DNA of 64,000 nucleotides from Amoebophrya sp. A120 (taxonomy: Eukaryota; Protista; Dinoflagellata): assembly GCA_905178155.1 (NCBI GenBank), contig CAJINV010000002.1, forward strand, positions 9,988,650-10,052,649, in the 5' to 3' direction. The position numbers were made by a program, and so were the translations under genes. The notes beneath the pieces were generated by a model that saw only the letters and a program-made list of their open reading frames with translations, was not told the origin of the DNA and did not search any database. Of the stretch, positions 13,895 through 26,120 are shown piece after piece. Position 1 is the stretch's first letter. Every line of letters starts with the position of its first letter.

Positions 13895-15028
13895 GTTCGA
13901 CAAAAAAGTCTAGGTAGGTTGTTTGTAGTAAAAGTGAAAATTACAAAATAGTAGAAAAGATGACCAAAGGAAATGTACAGGTGAAAATAGGCAAAAACAG
14001 AAGAACCCTGAGATCCTCGTGTCCAATGAAATAAAGTACAGAAGAAACGAAGACGAGCGATATAATTACGAAAAAAAAAGAAATTACGAAAGGGTATAAA
14101 AATACAAAAAAGAGGGCAGAACGAAAAAAAAAGACCTGTTTCGGGTGATGCGAATACGACATGGCGAGTTTGTTTTAATCCACGACGATGTTTTGACGAG
14201 TTTACGGCTGGAGAGTTTTCATTTCTGCACGAAAATTTAAAGTCTGCTGGACGTTGACGATTGTTCTATTTTGTACGATTTTTGCGGCAAATGACTGACG
14301 TGCTTTGACCACACGAAATTCTGACGACTGCAGACGCTGCATACAGCACGATGTCGTTGGTCCTTAGTTACTTTACGTCTTGCACGATACCAAGGGAAGT
14401 TATCTGGCCGTGCAAACTTGATAGATAACTACAACGCAAATTATAACTGCTGCTGCCGAAGCAAGAAATTACTATCACTGGTTCACACTGCGACTGCCAA
14501 TCACATACAAATCCGCTCACACGCACACCCGTCTTTCGCTTCTCTTACCTCGGGCAATGTTAATTTCGTCCAAGTCCAAGTGATGTTGACGGCTTCGGAA
14601 TTACTACAAGTTACTGTTTTCTCAGGAAAGTTGTTTTGTTTTGATTTGCAGACCAGCAACGACAATTTGAAACAAAACTTTTTGTGCGTAAAACCAAAAT
14701 TCTGCAGACACGGCATTTTCTAAACGTTGACTGTATTCTAGGATGCGGAAAAAGAGTGGAAAATTCGTTTCAAATATCTACAGCGCACCTATAGACGTGT
14801 AAACGTACAAAACGAGAATTGGGAAAAGCAAAATCAGAGCATAAGCATACCAATCGACACACACCTTGCCAAAAAAGAAGATACAAGTATCTCACCGCGG
14901 TACAGCTCTAAAAGAAAAAAATTACGTGAGTGGTCGACCACAGAAACTTCAATTTGCTACGTAATTCTTCTCACGTTGGCGCGGATCATGAACGTCGCAG
15001 CGTTTTCTGATAAGGCCCGCAACACTAT

Positions 15029-17492
15029 CTAAATCGACCACAGTTCCGACGCGTGCGCGTGCGGATTGAACGCATAATTAATCGGCCTCGCACCTCCCCC
15101 GCGAGTCCCTCCACACACACCCGTGCCGGAATTATTGCTTACATCCCGCCCTGCGCTCTTCCGATTTCCGCGCGCCGTGAGAATTTTGCAGGCGCCGTTC
15201 CGAAGCGATTCGTCCACCGCGTGCTCCTCCTCCCGGTACACCCACTCCAGGTCCGCCTGCGCCATGGGAATGGCCGCCACCAGGCCTTCGTTGCGGCACA
15301 AAGGGCAGGGGTAGGGGTTGCACAGCGCGCGCACACCCGAAAAATTCTCCCGTCCAAGGAAAAACCGGAGCCGAGACCGGATGTCTTTTTCCAAACAGGA
15401 GATGTGGAACGAGTGCTGACAATGCGGCAACGTGAGGATGTCGTTGGATTTCGTTCTTTCAGTGCTCCCCCTGCTGTCGCAGAGACAGCGGGGCCGGTTG
15501 TAGTTTTCGTTTTCACGATTGATGCCTTGTGCTTCTAGTTCTCCTTCTTCCTCCTCTGCCATGTTCGAGGACGAATCTACTGCATGGGAAAGCACGATCG
15601 CGTCCGGATTCTCGGCATCAACCTTCCAGAGCACCAAACATTCGCTGGTGCAATCGTAGCCGTCGTCCTCCTCGTTTTCCATTACAGAAGTATCACTGCC
15701 CGTACGTGGTCTTGAAGACTGGGTAAAGGGAAAGGATCGCACACTTGCGGGGGAATTCGCCGATGACGCCGGCGACGATGGCGCGGTGGTGCTACTGCTC
15801 GAGGAAGACGTGGACCGAGAGAAAAAGCTTGTACCTGCTGACAAAGCTGCACTACTAGTAGTACTTCTACTTCCCGGAGTCGTAGCTCCGCCGAAAGACA
15901 TGAGCTTTCGCTTCACCGCAGAGGAGCAGCCTGGGAGCGTTTCATAGCAATCGGCGACGTCGTCCTTGTTTTTTCCGTTGTACTTGAACACCAGCGGCTG
16001 CGAAAAGGCGGAGTCGGGGAATCCTCGAGGCAAAGGCTCGCGAAGCAACCTGACTGGAAGTTTCTGCTCGATGTGGTCCTTCGATTTTCCACTTTTCATT
16101 TTCTTGCCTCTTTTCCAAAGTCCGTTCCTGGGCCACATACAGGCAGGTGGAGGAGCGACGTGGTCATCATCATCGATTGGGGATGCTCTACCAGTACTTC
16201 CGCTTGCACCAGCGTCGGCTGATGGTGACCGTGAGTCAGACTCTCTTACAGTTTCTCTTTCGTCGGGAATAGAGACGACTTCCGCCAGGAATTGCTCGAA
16301 CGACGATTCAGTAGCGCGATGAACTGTTACAGCACTGTCAGAAGGAGCGCCTGGAACATTCTCATCAGCAGTTCCCACGATACCCTCCTGTGACGTGCCA
16401 GAATTTAAAGCTGTCCTCGCATTTCCACGTTCCTCCTGCCGCTCTCGATTCCTTCCTCCCGACGAAGCAGCAGCTCTCCCACCAGTCCGATCCGCCGATA
16501 GACACAACTGCAACAGAAAGCGGCCGACGCTTGCAATGTCAGAGTCGGAGCACGACTTTTTGGTCGCGGAGGAGCCTTTCTTCGCAGGGACAACCTTTCC
16601 ATTCTGCGTCAACGGCTCCAGGCAGATGGCGCATTCCAGCGGTTCGTCAGGCTCTGGCTTCCTTGCCTTTCCAGTAGGTGTGGTTGCACTCGCACCTTGT
16701 CTGGATGCGGATTTTTCATTCTGTGTTGTGCGAAAAAATAGCCCGAGGGAAGATGAAGAGGAATCTGAAAGCTCCGCGTCTTGCCCCTCGCGGTCTGCTG
16801 GTACCGAAACGCCTCCGGGAAATTGGTCGAGATCAACTCGTCCATATCCTGTGCAAAAGTATCGTACTCGTATAAATGCAAGTCTTGCATTACAAATCCT
16901 TCTCGTAAGGCAAATCCGCATTACAAATTTTATTTCTCATGCTGAGGGAATTTGTAATGCATTTATACGAGTACGATACTTTTGCAGTTCATAGTCCACC
17001 TGTTTCAACAATTTCTCCGCGCAGTGTTCGGGAGCTAGATGGGGGTATCAAATGTAAAAATGTCTGGGTCTGGAAAGTTGGAACTTGTGATGCTAACTTT
17101 GAACTCTAAAAAAATCTGTATTGCATGACCAGCAAGAGGAGCCACGTTTGTGCTACACGAGGAGGGCATTTGTCATGTGGAAATGGCATCAGGAAGCTTT
17201 CCAAAAATCTGTGATACTGGGTCATGCGTTACAAGCATCATGGGTCATGCCAGACAAGCATGACAAGCCTTCCACTCTTCCAGACCCAGACACTTTTACA
17301 TTTGATAGGGGGAGTGATTGTGCGAGTCGAGGAAAGACGCAGAGACAAGGCAAGAGCGCTACTTCTCAGCAGCAACTCATGCTGTGAAGACAAAAGAAGC
17401 ACGATAATCTGGCATGCGGACGCGATGACATTTTTGTAGCCTTCGCAGTACCGAATTGGAAAACCTGCTGCCCTCGGCCGCCGCTGCGCCAT
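15029..17492 (-). CDS. RING-H2-type zinc-finger protein (putative E3 ligase), 3 exons; start uncertain
   Basis: Frame is continuous (ITPP-SSSRTLRGEIVETGG-RVDLDQF) after removing elements 17046-17307 and 16845-16993, each with one TSD copy. Motifs CAICLEPL and LPHCQHSFHISC...CPLCR. Confidence 0.7.
16845..16993. mobile_element. Family B introner, 149 bp, TSD GTCCA
   Basis: TIR TATCCTGTGCAAAAGTATCGTACTCGTATAAATGCA versus right-end reverse complement TATGAACTGCAAAAGTATCGTACTCGTATAAATGCA. GTCCA at 16840-16844 and 16994-16998. Confidence 0.93.
17046..17307. mobile_element. Family A introner, 262 bp, TSD GGGGG
   Basis: Family A TIRs. GGGGG at 17041-17045 and 17308-17312. Confidence 0.93.
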
Positions 17493-18073
17493 AATTTCCC
17501 AAAAAGTTATAATTTTCGCACCGTACTTACTGTACTCCCGATTCCGCTCGAGATCGTGTCTAAAAGTGGCAAGGTCATATCGTGTGCCGTAATGTATCAA
17601 ACACGGTAAACAACTTCCGAAATCAAAACAACGACGAACGTAGCACCGCCACAACAGCACAGACGAACAAGGCCGCCCAAACAAGAACTTCGTGAATCTA
17701 TGCAGACCGTGTCACCTGGTCGTAAATTGAATTTGAGTTAGTGTGACGCTAGCAATCAATACTGTGAACACTTGAATAAAACATCGCAAAGAGCCCCCCA
17801 CGCTATGCCGTGTCCAGTCGCATTATAATGCGCTTCTTTTACTATATTTGGAAGCAATTTACTACAATACAGGGAGACATTCATGGCTGCTCATCCTACG
17901 ATTTGGACTTGTTACGCAAAATACAAGAACATCCGAGGTTGCGGTACAATCACAATACTAGGTATCTTATTTTTCTGTGAAACAATTTTCAGCTCCGTCT
18001 ATGCAACAAGCTCCACGGTACTGGAGCTTTTCAGTATTTTCGGGATAATAGAGATTTGTTGTTTTGGATACAT

Positions 18074-18342
18074 TATCAAATGCAAATTTGTCTGGGTATG
18101 GAAGATTCTGAGGATTCGACATGCACGGTTTACATGAGCCATGAAGTCTGGTATGAAGGACATAGCAATAGCATGACAGATTCTGTGAGGGTTCTATCAT
18201 GCCTATCCTGCGTGAGAAACTGCCTCTCGATTCGGTCAAAAGTGGACAGCCTCTGCTAATCATGCAACACAGATTTTTACACGATTCAGATTGAGCACGA
18301 CGCGTTGTTTCGTTCCAGACCCAGACACTTTTCCATTCGATA
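18074..18342. mobile_element. Diverged family A element, reverse orientation, own flanks do not match (TACAT / AATAG)
   Basis: Ends TATCAAATGCAAATTTGTCTGGGTATGGAAG and TTCCAGACCCAGACACTTTTCCATTCGATA. Interior resembles the 32366 copy. Confidence 0.85.
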
Positions 18343-20460
18343 AATAGCCTTGGGATTCCACCACCAAGCGGGCATCTTCTGCGGGATTATGCTGCTGCAT
18401 AGCGGCGGCGGAGAGGTGCGGCAGTTATCGCAATAAGGCGGTGTGGTCTACTCCTGCGTGCTCGACTACGCTGCTGGCTTTTTGGTCCCGAAGAAGCTTG
18501 GGCAGGAATTGTTCGTAGAAGCAGGAATTGTTCGTAGGGTCATGGTCTCGTAGAAGCAGGAGGTGACGATATTGCTAGAAGCTGGCGATGAACACGAAGT
18601 AGATCACTCCTCCCGTGCGTCAGAGCCTCCACCTTGATCCTCGGCTGAAGCTTTTGCGTTTGGGCTATATTTTCTTGTGCTGATGAAGCAATCGACTGTG
18701 ATGAGGAGATGTTGTTGAAGCTACTTCTACAAACATCAACAGCCAGCCGAGGAACTTGCTGTTGCCCATGCGCCGGATTGTCGTATGGTCTACGGAACGA
18801 TCCGGGGCGGCGAAGAGTCTTTGCAGGAAGTGTGTCCTAGAAAGTCTTTGCAGGAGGGTGTCCCCCCTTCCCAGGGGGGCGTCCTTCTTAGCCGACCTCA
18901 GAAAGGTAGATGTCGTCAAAAGCTTTTGTATAAGTGCCGGAGTGAAGCTGATTGAACCTAGTTCGAAATCGAGTAAAAAACGAGAGCTCTAACAATCAAG
19001 AATACTTCGAAAACCTAGTAAAAAACGAGAGCTCTAACCATCAAGCACTTAGAAAAGTAAACTCGAGTTCTTAAATCTATCGCAGTCTAGAGCTGTAACC
19101 TATGTGCTTATTTTCTGTTTTACAGATTTGACATTCCAGAGTTTGTCCGTATTGCAGCGCATAAAGAGCACGATTTGAGCCGTTTTTTCGGTGTTTGCGT
19201 TTTGTTTATTTTTGTTCTCCCTCGTAGTCGACAAAAGTTGCGAGGGCTAAGTAACACGGACCACCGAGGGCCAAAGCGATTTTGGAAATCGAAACGATTT
19301 TGGAGGACGACATCAGGGCGATTTTGGTCACGACGTCACGCCAGCGATTTTGGACAACTCAAGAAAATATTACGAACAAGCGCTACACTGGGAAATCGTT
19401 GGCAGAAGGGTAGGCGTTGTCACAGGAGCGAAAGGGTCACAAAAGACTGGAAATCTGGATCCTGCAAATTTTTGTACTCTTTCATCTTTGTTTCGGTTCT
19501 TGTCAAGCTTATCTTGCTTGATTCTGCTCGAGAAGAAAAAAGACCGACCACCTTCAACGAAAAATAGTCTTCACAGATTGAGTTCTTTTCTCACGACACG
19601 GCGCGGTAAAACAGGGACCACCGCCCAAGGCTATGGACCACCGCGATGCTGTTACACGATTACGGAGGTTAACGCTTGGATCTGCTTCGATCAGCCACCG
19701 GCTGCGTTTTTTTGTACTTTTCCAATAAGAACGCACTCGCTGTCGCTCGCGATTGCAGTGGATCTGGCTGGCAGCCGAGCAAGTAGCAGCGCCACCAGTT
19801 CTCGCAGGACCTTTGGCACTGGAGCAGTGCATCGCAATAGATTACTAGCAACGATTCATCTCAATTTGAATTTCAATTTTTACTATCTCAACAGCATTCC
19901 AACAAAGAGTCGCTCCTTCGTTCCTATTAGACTCGAAAAAGTGAGATGTTTTTGCATTACACGCCGAGACTACAAGTATTTTTTGCTTTTCAGAGTTATC
20001 GTATTAAAATTCCTTGCGTGCATAATAGTAATAGCTACTCCTCCAGCTTGTGCAGGGGCAGCGTGGTCGATGAAGAGTCGGTTACAGAAGCGGATCGCAA
20101 CAAATAAAATTCCCATCTTCATAAATTGTTGTTGATGGACCTCCTCCTCCCAGCTGCGGGGCCTCATCATCATCATTATTGTCATCATTCTTGTGGTGCC
20201 TGTCCGATTTAAATGCTTTTCGTAAGTGCTTTTCCCTGTGAAAAACTAGTTCTCTGAAAAGTGAGGAAACTCATCATCTGAAACAATCGAAGGCTTTTAC
20301 GATTCATAACATAAACAACTAATAGTCATCGCATTTGAACCCCGAAAAATAATTCTGCAAACGTAAAGAGTTGTGCTTTATAATTGAGGACAGCTTGGTC
20401 CCAGATCGGTTATGAAATTTTTTGCTGTAAAAAGGTTTAACCAAAAACCTCTCCTCCAGA

Positions 20461-20723
20461 TATCAACTGCAAATATGTCTGGGTCTGGAAGGGTGTGAAC
20501 TTGTGACGCTGCAGCTGGATTCTACAAAAATCTGTATTGCATGAACAGCACAAGAGGTCCAGTTTTTTCCATTGCGAGAGGGCATTTCTCATGCGGTATA
20601 GGCATCAGAAAGCCCTCACAAAATCTGTGATGCTAGGGCATGCATCACAGACATGAGGACTCATGCAAAATGTGCATGACAAACCTTGCACCCTTCGAGA
20701 CCCAGGCACTTTTGCACTTGATA
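20461..20723. mobile_element. Family A element, 263 bp, TSD CCAGA; no host CDS identified
   Basis: Family A TIRs. CCAGA at 20456-20460 and 20724-20728. Confidence 0.92.
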
Positions 20724-20966
20724 CCAGAGGCCAAAATGTCATTTGTCCCGTTCCTCGTCTCTTCGCTTTCCCAATACTAGATCTAAATTTTCATTAACAA
20801 AAATTTTATCCATGAAGAGAAATATGTCAAGTAATATAATATCAAAACTGTAGTGATACAGAATAGAAGTAGCGCCCTGTTTTAGTTTTAGTAATAAATA
20901 TAAATACGGCCGCTGGTTAGCTCGCAGTCACGGACCGTATACCTTCTAACTTTTCTAATCTTCACC

Positions 20967-21493
20967 AATCAAATGTAAAAATGTCTGGGTCTGGAAGAAT
21001 GCAACTTGTGATGCTAACTTTGGACTCTAAAAGTGTCTGTATTGCATGACCAGCATGAGGCGCCCAGTTTGTGCTACGAGGGGAGGGCATTTGTCATGCT
21101 TAACAGACTGCGCGACTAAAGCCCGGGGGGGTGCGGGGTCCGAGGGGTGCACAAAGCACAGCCCGGAACACCCGAACATGCCCCGCGACTGGCACAGGAC
21201 CAGCAACGCAACTATTATCGTCGATCTCAGTTTGTCGATCACAACGTAGCTGCGAAGCCGTCCATTCGCCTGGCGCCCCAAGCCCAACCCCACCTCCGAG
21301 GAAAGGCCACAACCCGAGAGGATCCGCTGCTGAGCTTAGGGCATTTGTCATGCGGGATAGGCATCAGGAAGGCCTCTAGAAATATAATATGCGATGCTCA
21401 TGCTAGATCATGCATTACAGACATCCTGAGTCATGCAAAATATGCATGACAAACCTGGTAACCTTCCAGACCCAGACATTTTTACAGTTGATA
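20967..21493. mobile_element. Family A element carrying a nested insertion; own flanks do not match (TCACC / TACAT)
   Basis: Family A TIRs at both ends. 527 bp long because of insert 21100-21337. Confidence 0.88.
21100..21337. mobile_element. 238-bp insert with 16-bp TSD (SINE-like or truncated retroposon candidate)
   Basis: AGGGCATTTGTCATGC occurs at 21084-21099 and 21338-21353 but only once in other family A copies. No TIRs. Confidence 0.75.
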
Positions 21494-21597
21494 TACATCG
21501 CGCTGGGTCTTTAGTGGAGTGAGAGTATTTCATCTAGAAACCGAATTTTTTGGTTCTTTTTGTTTTTGGTTTGTACATCTACATACATGATCATACA

Positions 21598-24500
21598 TAT
21601 GAAGGTACATTTGGCAAAAATTAACCCCCCCGCCGGATGGCTTTAGCCAGCGCAGTCAATGGCTTTAGCCAAGAACGACCCTAAAAAACCAATGCGCCAA
21701 AGGGCGCCCGCTTGTTGTTCGTCCGAGGCACCGAGAACGAGATCCGACCCCAAATACATCGCCCGATGGGCGCCAGATTGTGGGCGCGGAGTTGTCAAAC
21801 CGACAAAGGCGTGCAGGACGAAGAGAGGAGGCGCGCCGGCATGTCGACCATGAAAACCATCCGCGCCAAACCTCCGCGAGGCTCTTCGGAGGCTTTTACC
21901 GGGAAAGGGCACGGACCACACAGCGCATGTCGCCTGTTGGCGACCCCAATGCCGGCGGGGGGAAAAACTCCAAACAAAATCGGAGCAGCGCGGGCGCAGC
22001 GTGACGCCACACGCACGGCGCAACGCCTGCGGCGGGGGGTCGCGGCGTGTTTCCTTCTTGATGTCACGATCACGCGCCGGCAAGCCTCCGGACAATGAAA
22101 ACGCCGCAAACAGCGGCGCACAGCAGGGGGCCAGCAAGAAAAAAAGGACGCCGCAAGCCCTGTAGCAACTGTCCGCCAAGCAGCGCGCGACCATCGGCCG
22201 ATGCCACCTAAGAGTGAGCATCCCATCCGGAGGCCGCCCGACCTGACGCTCGCGGCAAGAGCCTCGCGGCTTTTTCAAAACAAAAACCCGGGCGCTCTTT
22301 ACCACCCCCCGCGCACCAGCGGCGAAGGGGGGGCTGAGATTGCCGGGGGCGCAGCGGGAATTCCACTGGCCGGCGACGGGGTTGATTGGCCGGGCCTGCT
22401 GGGCACCCATGCTTTTTCCGCGCCCGTCCTTCTATCCCCAGGGCCAGGGCCGGGCGACCCGCACGCCCGGCGGAGAGCGCCAGCCATACTGGATAGAACG
22501 AAACCTGCCAACCGCAAACCGGTTGCGGGCGCGGGCCAATCAATGGGCTATGCCCGGGCGCAGCTCACTGCGGGCAATGCACACAGATGCCCGGCGTCGG
22601 CCCGGCCAACGCGTTCCACCACGGCCACCCCCTTCTCCCCGGGAACCAGGTGGGCCGCCCGAAGCACTTACCCGCCCCGCAAGCGCAGCGCGGGAAATCG
22701 GAACGCACCAAGCGGGCCGACAGAAGCTGGCGCGCGCCCCAATTAAATTATGCCAGCGAGGGAGGCAGGCGGGGCCCCGGCCGGCCCCATGCGTGAGGCT
22801 TTGGCCATGCTTGCAATCCAAATAACGAGATAGAACGAACGCAGGCGGCGCGCCGGCCGATAGACTTCCCAACGAACGAACCGAGGGCCGCGGCGGCCGA
22901 ATCAAGCGCAGGTCGCCCGGGTAATCCCTATACTTGCGCCCTTCCACACCATGCAGCCCCCTGGCCCAAAGCGAGCCTACCCGCCGGCCCGCCGTAGCTA
23001 AGGGTGGTAGAAAGGCGGGCCGGCCTGCTGGCCAGCCAGGCACGGGCGCGCTGCGGGGCGAGACGGGCAACACAGACTCGGGCCCGCCAGCGGATACGGC
23101 ATTCCCCTGAAGCGACCGGCCGCCCGGGAAGGGCCGGCGCCCAAAATTTGCGGTGGGCCACCCATCCAACCTCCTACCCGCCAAGAAACAAAAGGCGCGG
23201 CCGGGCGGGGGTCAGCCCGCCGGCGGGGGACCCTGCATCCCCTTGGGGGGGGGGCAGGCATACCCAGCCAACCCTGGGAAGGAAAGCCGCACGCAGGTCG
23301 GAGGGCCGGCCGGGCCGCACGGGCGGGGCGGCGAGGGCGGCCGCGGGAAAACAATGGGCGTCAATGATGCTTCAGGGCGACAACCCGCCCTCGACTCGCG
23401 AACGGGCCGACGGTAGTCGGGGCCCCCAGCCCCCAGGCAATCGCCCACCCGGACTGGCAACGGCAGCGGGCCTGTTTTCCCCCGGGTATGGGATTGGGCG
23501 GGCGCAAGGGTGGTAGGGAGGGCGGATGGATGGTTGGGCGGATGGAAAAAGGGAAGCCGGCGCGGTGCGCGCGCGCGGGCCGGCGGGCGCGCCCCCTCTG
23601 CGGCGCAAGTAGTTGCATGCCTCCCCGGCGCCCCGCCCCCAAGCCCCCAAAGGCACACACAAAACGCCCGCCGGCTGGCGCCACGCGTCCGCCGGCCGGG
23701 CGCCTAGATGCTTTCACACAGGGGCGGGCGGCCCCCGAAAAAGGCGGAGCGCAAGACGCGAAGCGGGAGAAGGGGCGGTCGCCAAAAACTAAAAAACCCG
23801 CGGCCGGGGCCGCCGCCCGGGAGCCGCAAAACACCCGCAGGGCGCGGCTTGTAGCATCCATAAGGGGTCCGGAGTTCCATAAGGCTTCCGGAAGCCTTCC
23901 GGCGGCTGAAAGCCACCGGCGGCACCGCGGAAGCCGGCGGAACGCCAGCGGAATGGGGACCGGTCCCGGAGGTGTAAAAGTTCAAAGAGCAAAGGCAGAA
24001 AGAGCCGGGGCCGGCATGCGGGCCAGGTCGCCAAAAGTAAGAAACCTGGGCCCGCCCGCGGGGCGCGGGTGGCGAAACATAAACGCGCCATCGGCCCAGT
24101 GCGCGTCCCAGCAGGCCCTGTCCGTCGGTGCCAGGACAAAGGCCGTCCGAAGCAAGCGCCCGCAAAGCAAGCAGGCGAGGACATGCGGGCCCAGCCGTTG
24201 CGCTGCCGCGCAACAGCGCCGGGCGCCGCTTCCATCTGTTCGCTGGCCCCAAGGAAGCAAAGGCTGGGGGGGCACACAGGCAGGCGGCCTCCCCGCGCAA
24301 GTCGCGTAGCTGCCCTGCTGCGGGCGGGCATCGTTCGGTGGCACGGGGCCCGGTCGGAGGGAACAAAAAGGCACCAAGCCCCAAAGGAAGCGCGCAACAT
24401 ACGGGCCGCCGGCCCCCGAAGAACGCGCGTTCTACCCGGTTGGGGCGGCCCTCGGCCCGGTGGCGTGGGTCGAACCTGCAGGCCGGCCCGCCCGGCGCGC

Positions 24501-26120
24501 GCGCGCAGGTGGGCTCCTGCTGCTGAGTCCTCCAAAGTCAAGGGAGAACGCAGGCCGCACAGGGCCTCCGGCGGGCGCCACCCGCGCGCCGGCGTGCGCG
24601 GCACCTGAACAAGCCTGGGGCCACGCATTCACTGCCGGGGGCAGGCGGACGGCCCCGGGCGCCAGGGGGCTTTGCTTGCCAATCCGGGGCCAGCGTGGGT
24701 GCCTGGCTCCCATCGGTTGCCCCCGGCGGTCCGGCGCGGTGCCCTAGCGGTTGCTTGCAAGGCCGAGGCGAGGCCGCCCGGCCCAGCCGCCGGCGGGCTC
24801 GCTGCCAGAAATAAAGGCCGCCGCGCGGAGGCGGCGCCAGTCTTTCAACCAGCGGGCCCGCCACCACCAAGCCCCGGCCGCTCCCTCGCGTGAGTCAATG
24901 TGGCTGCGGTCGCCGGGTCGGCAAAAAAAAACCGGGCTGGGCGAACAAGGGACGAACGCGCGGGGGCGAAGGCAATTGCAATCGGCGTCCTCCCATGCAC
25001 ACAGGCCTGGCCAGCAGCAGCCGAAGCGCGCGACGCAGAACCAGCCCACATAAAATATCCATCCATCGAGCAGGGTAGGCGGCGCCATGCACGCAACAAT
25101 GCAAACAAAGCGGCGCTCGGGTGGCGCGCAACACCAACGGTGGGGCGGGATGGAAGGTAAAAAAGCAAAGCAAAAGGCGGTGGCGGGCCCCGTCGCTGTC
25201 TTCCATGGGGCAGCTTGCTACGCCCGGGCGCCGACGGCGAGCGGGCGTCCCCACCAGGGCAGCAACCGCAATCCGCCCAGACCGACAAAATAATTTGGGC
25301 GGCCGCTGGCGGGCGCCGCCCCCCCTCCCAGCAAGCGGAGCGCGGACCCAGCAAAAAGAAACTGCGACCACAAAATAAAACAGGCGCCCAAGGAGCAAGG
25401 GGGATGCAGGCGCGCCACCTTCATCAGCGGCAGCGGCAGCGGGCGCGCCGCGCGCGCGGGCACAAAGCAAGGAAAGGCCCGGCTGGCCCATTCATTGCGG
25501 GGGAGGCCGGCGAGTCCCCTCGGCGCCGCGCCCGCTTTCTTGCATGCCGGGCGTTACGTTTTCCTGCCGGGCGGCCAGCCGCCTTCCGCCTTGGAACAAG
25601 GCCAGCGGGCTGCACCGGGCCAGCGCCCAAAGCAAAATCGGTGCCCCAGGAAGCAGGAACACACAATGCGCGCATGCTCTTCCCGCGGACTCTCCTAACC
25701 AAGAGTGGGAGCGCGCAGTCCGGCCGTCCCGATCGAACGATGCCCAGGCCGGCGGCCCAAGAAATCCGGCGCCACTTTCGCACGCCCCCTCCCCCCCAAG
25801 AGGGCGCCCCCCGCCCTCCACCGCCTCTCTCCAACGCCACAAGAAACACAAGAGAGCCTCGGGTGGGTTGCCAGAAATCGAGCAACAGGCGGTGGCTTCT
25901 GCTATCACACCTACAGACATGGTCCCTCCACAAGACCTCCAGGCGCGCCCGCGAGTAACTTCACTATGGTAAAGAGCTCTGGCTAAATTTCATCGAGTTC
26001 AATGCTTCAAAGGCCGAAATCGATCAAATTTAGCCAGCACTTTTGTGGCTAAAGCCAGCGCGCGCGCTGGCTAAAGCCATCAGCCGGGGGGGTTAATTTT
26101 TGGCACTATGTACCTCCTTA
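21598..26120. mobile_element. 4523-bp TIR element with 8-bp TSD ATCATACA (hAT-like, apparently non-autonomous)
   Basis: About 55-bp imperfect TIR: TATGAAGGTACATTTGGCAAAAATTAACCCCCCCGCCGGATGGCTTTAGCCAGCGC versus right-end reverse complement TAAGGAGGTACATAGTGCCAAAAATTAACCCCCCCGGCTGATGGCTTTAGCCAGCGC. TSD at 21590-21597 and 26121-26128. Subterminal GGCTTTAGCC repeats. Confidence 0.88.

Noticed and set aside
20726-20740. GCCAAAATG as a relic dinoflagellate spliced leader (reverse strand)
   Set aside because: Only about 9 bases match; too short to support.
21643-25986. Many overlapping ORFs of up to about 280 aa in the 4.5-kb element
   Set aside because: Arg/Pro/Gly/Ala-rich in all six frames, as expected from high GC. 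No transposase or other motif.
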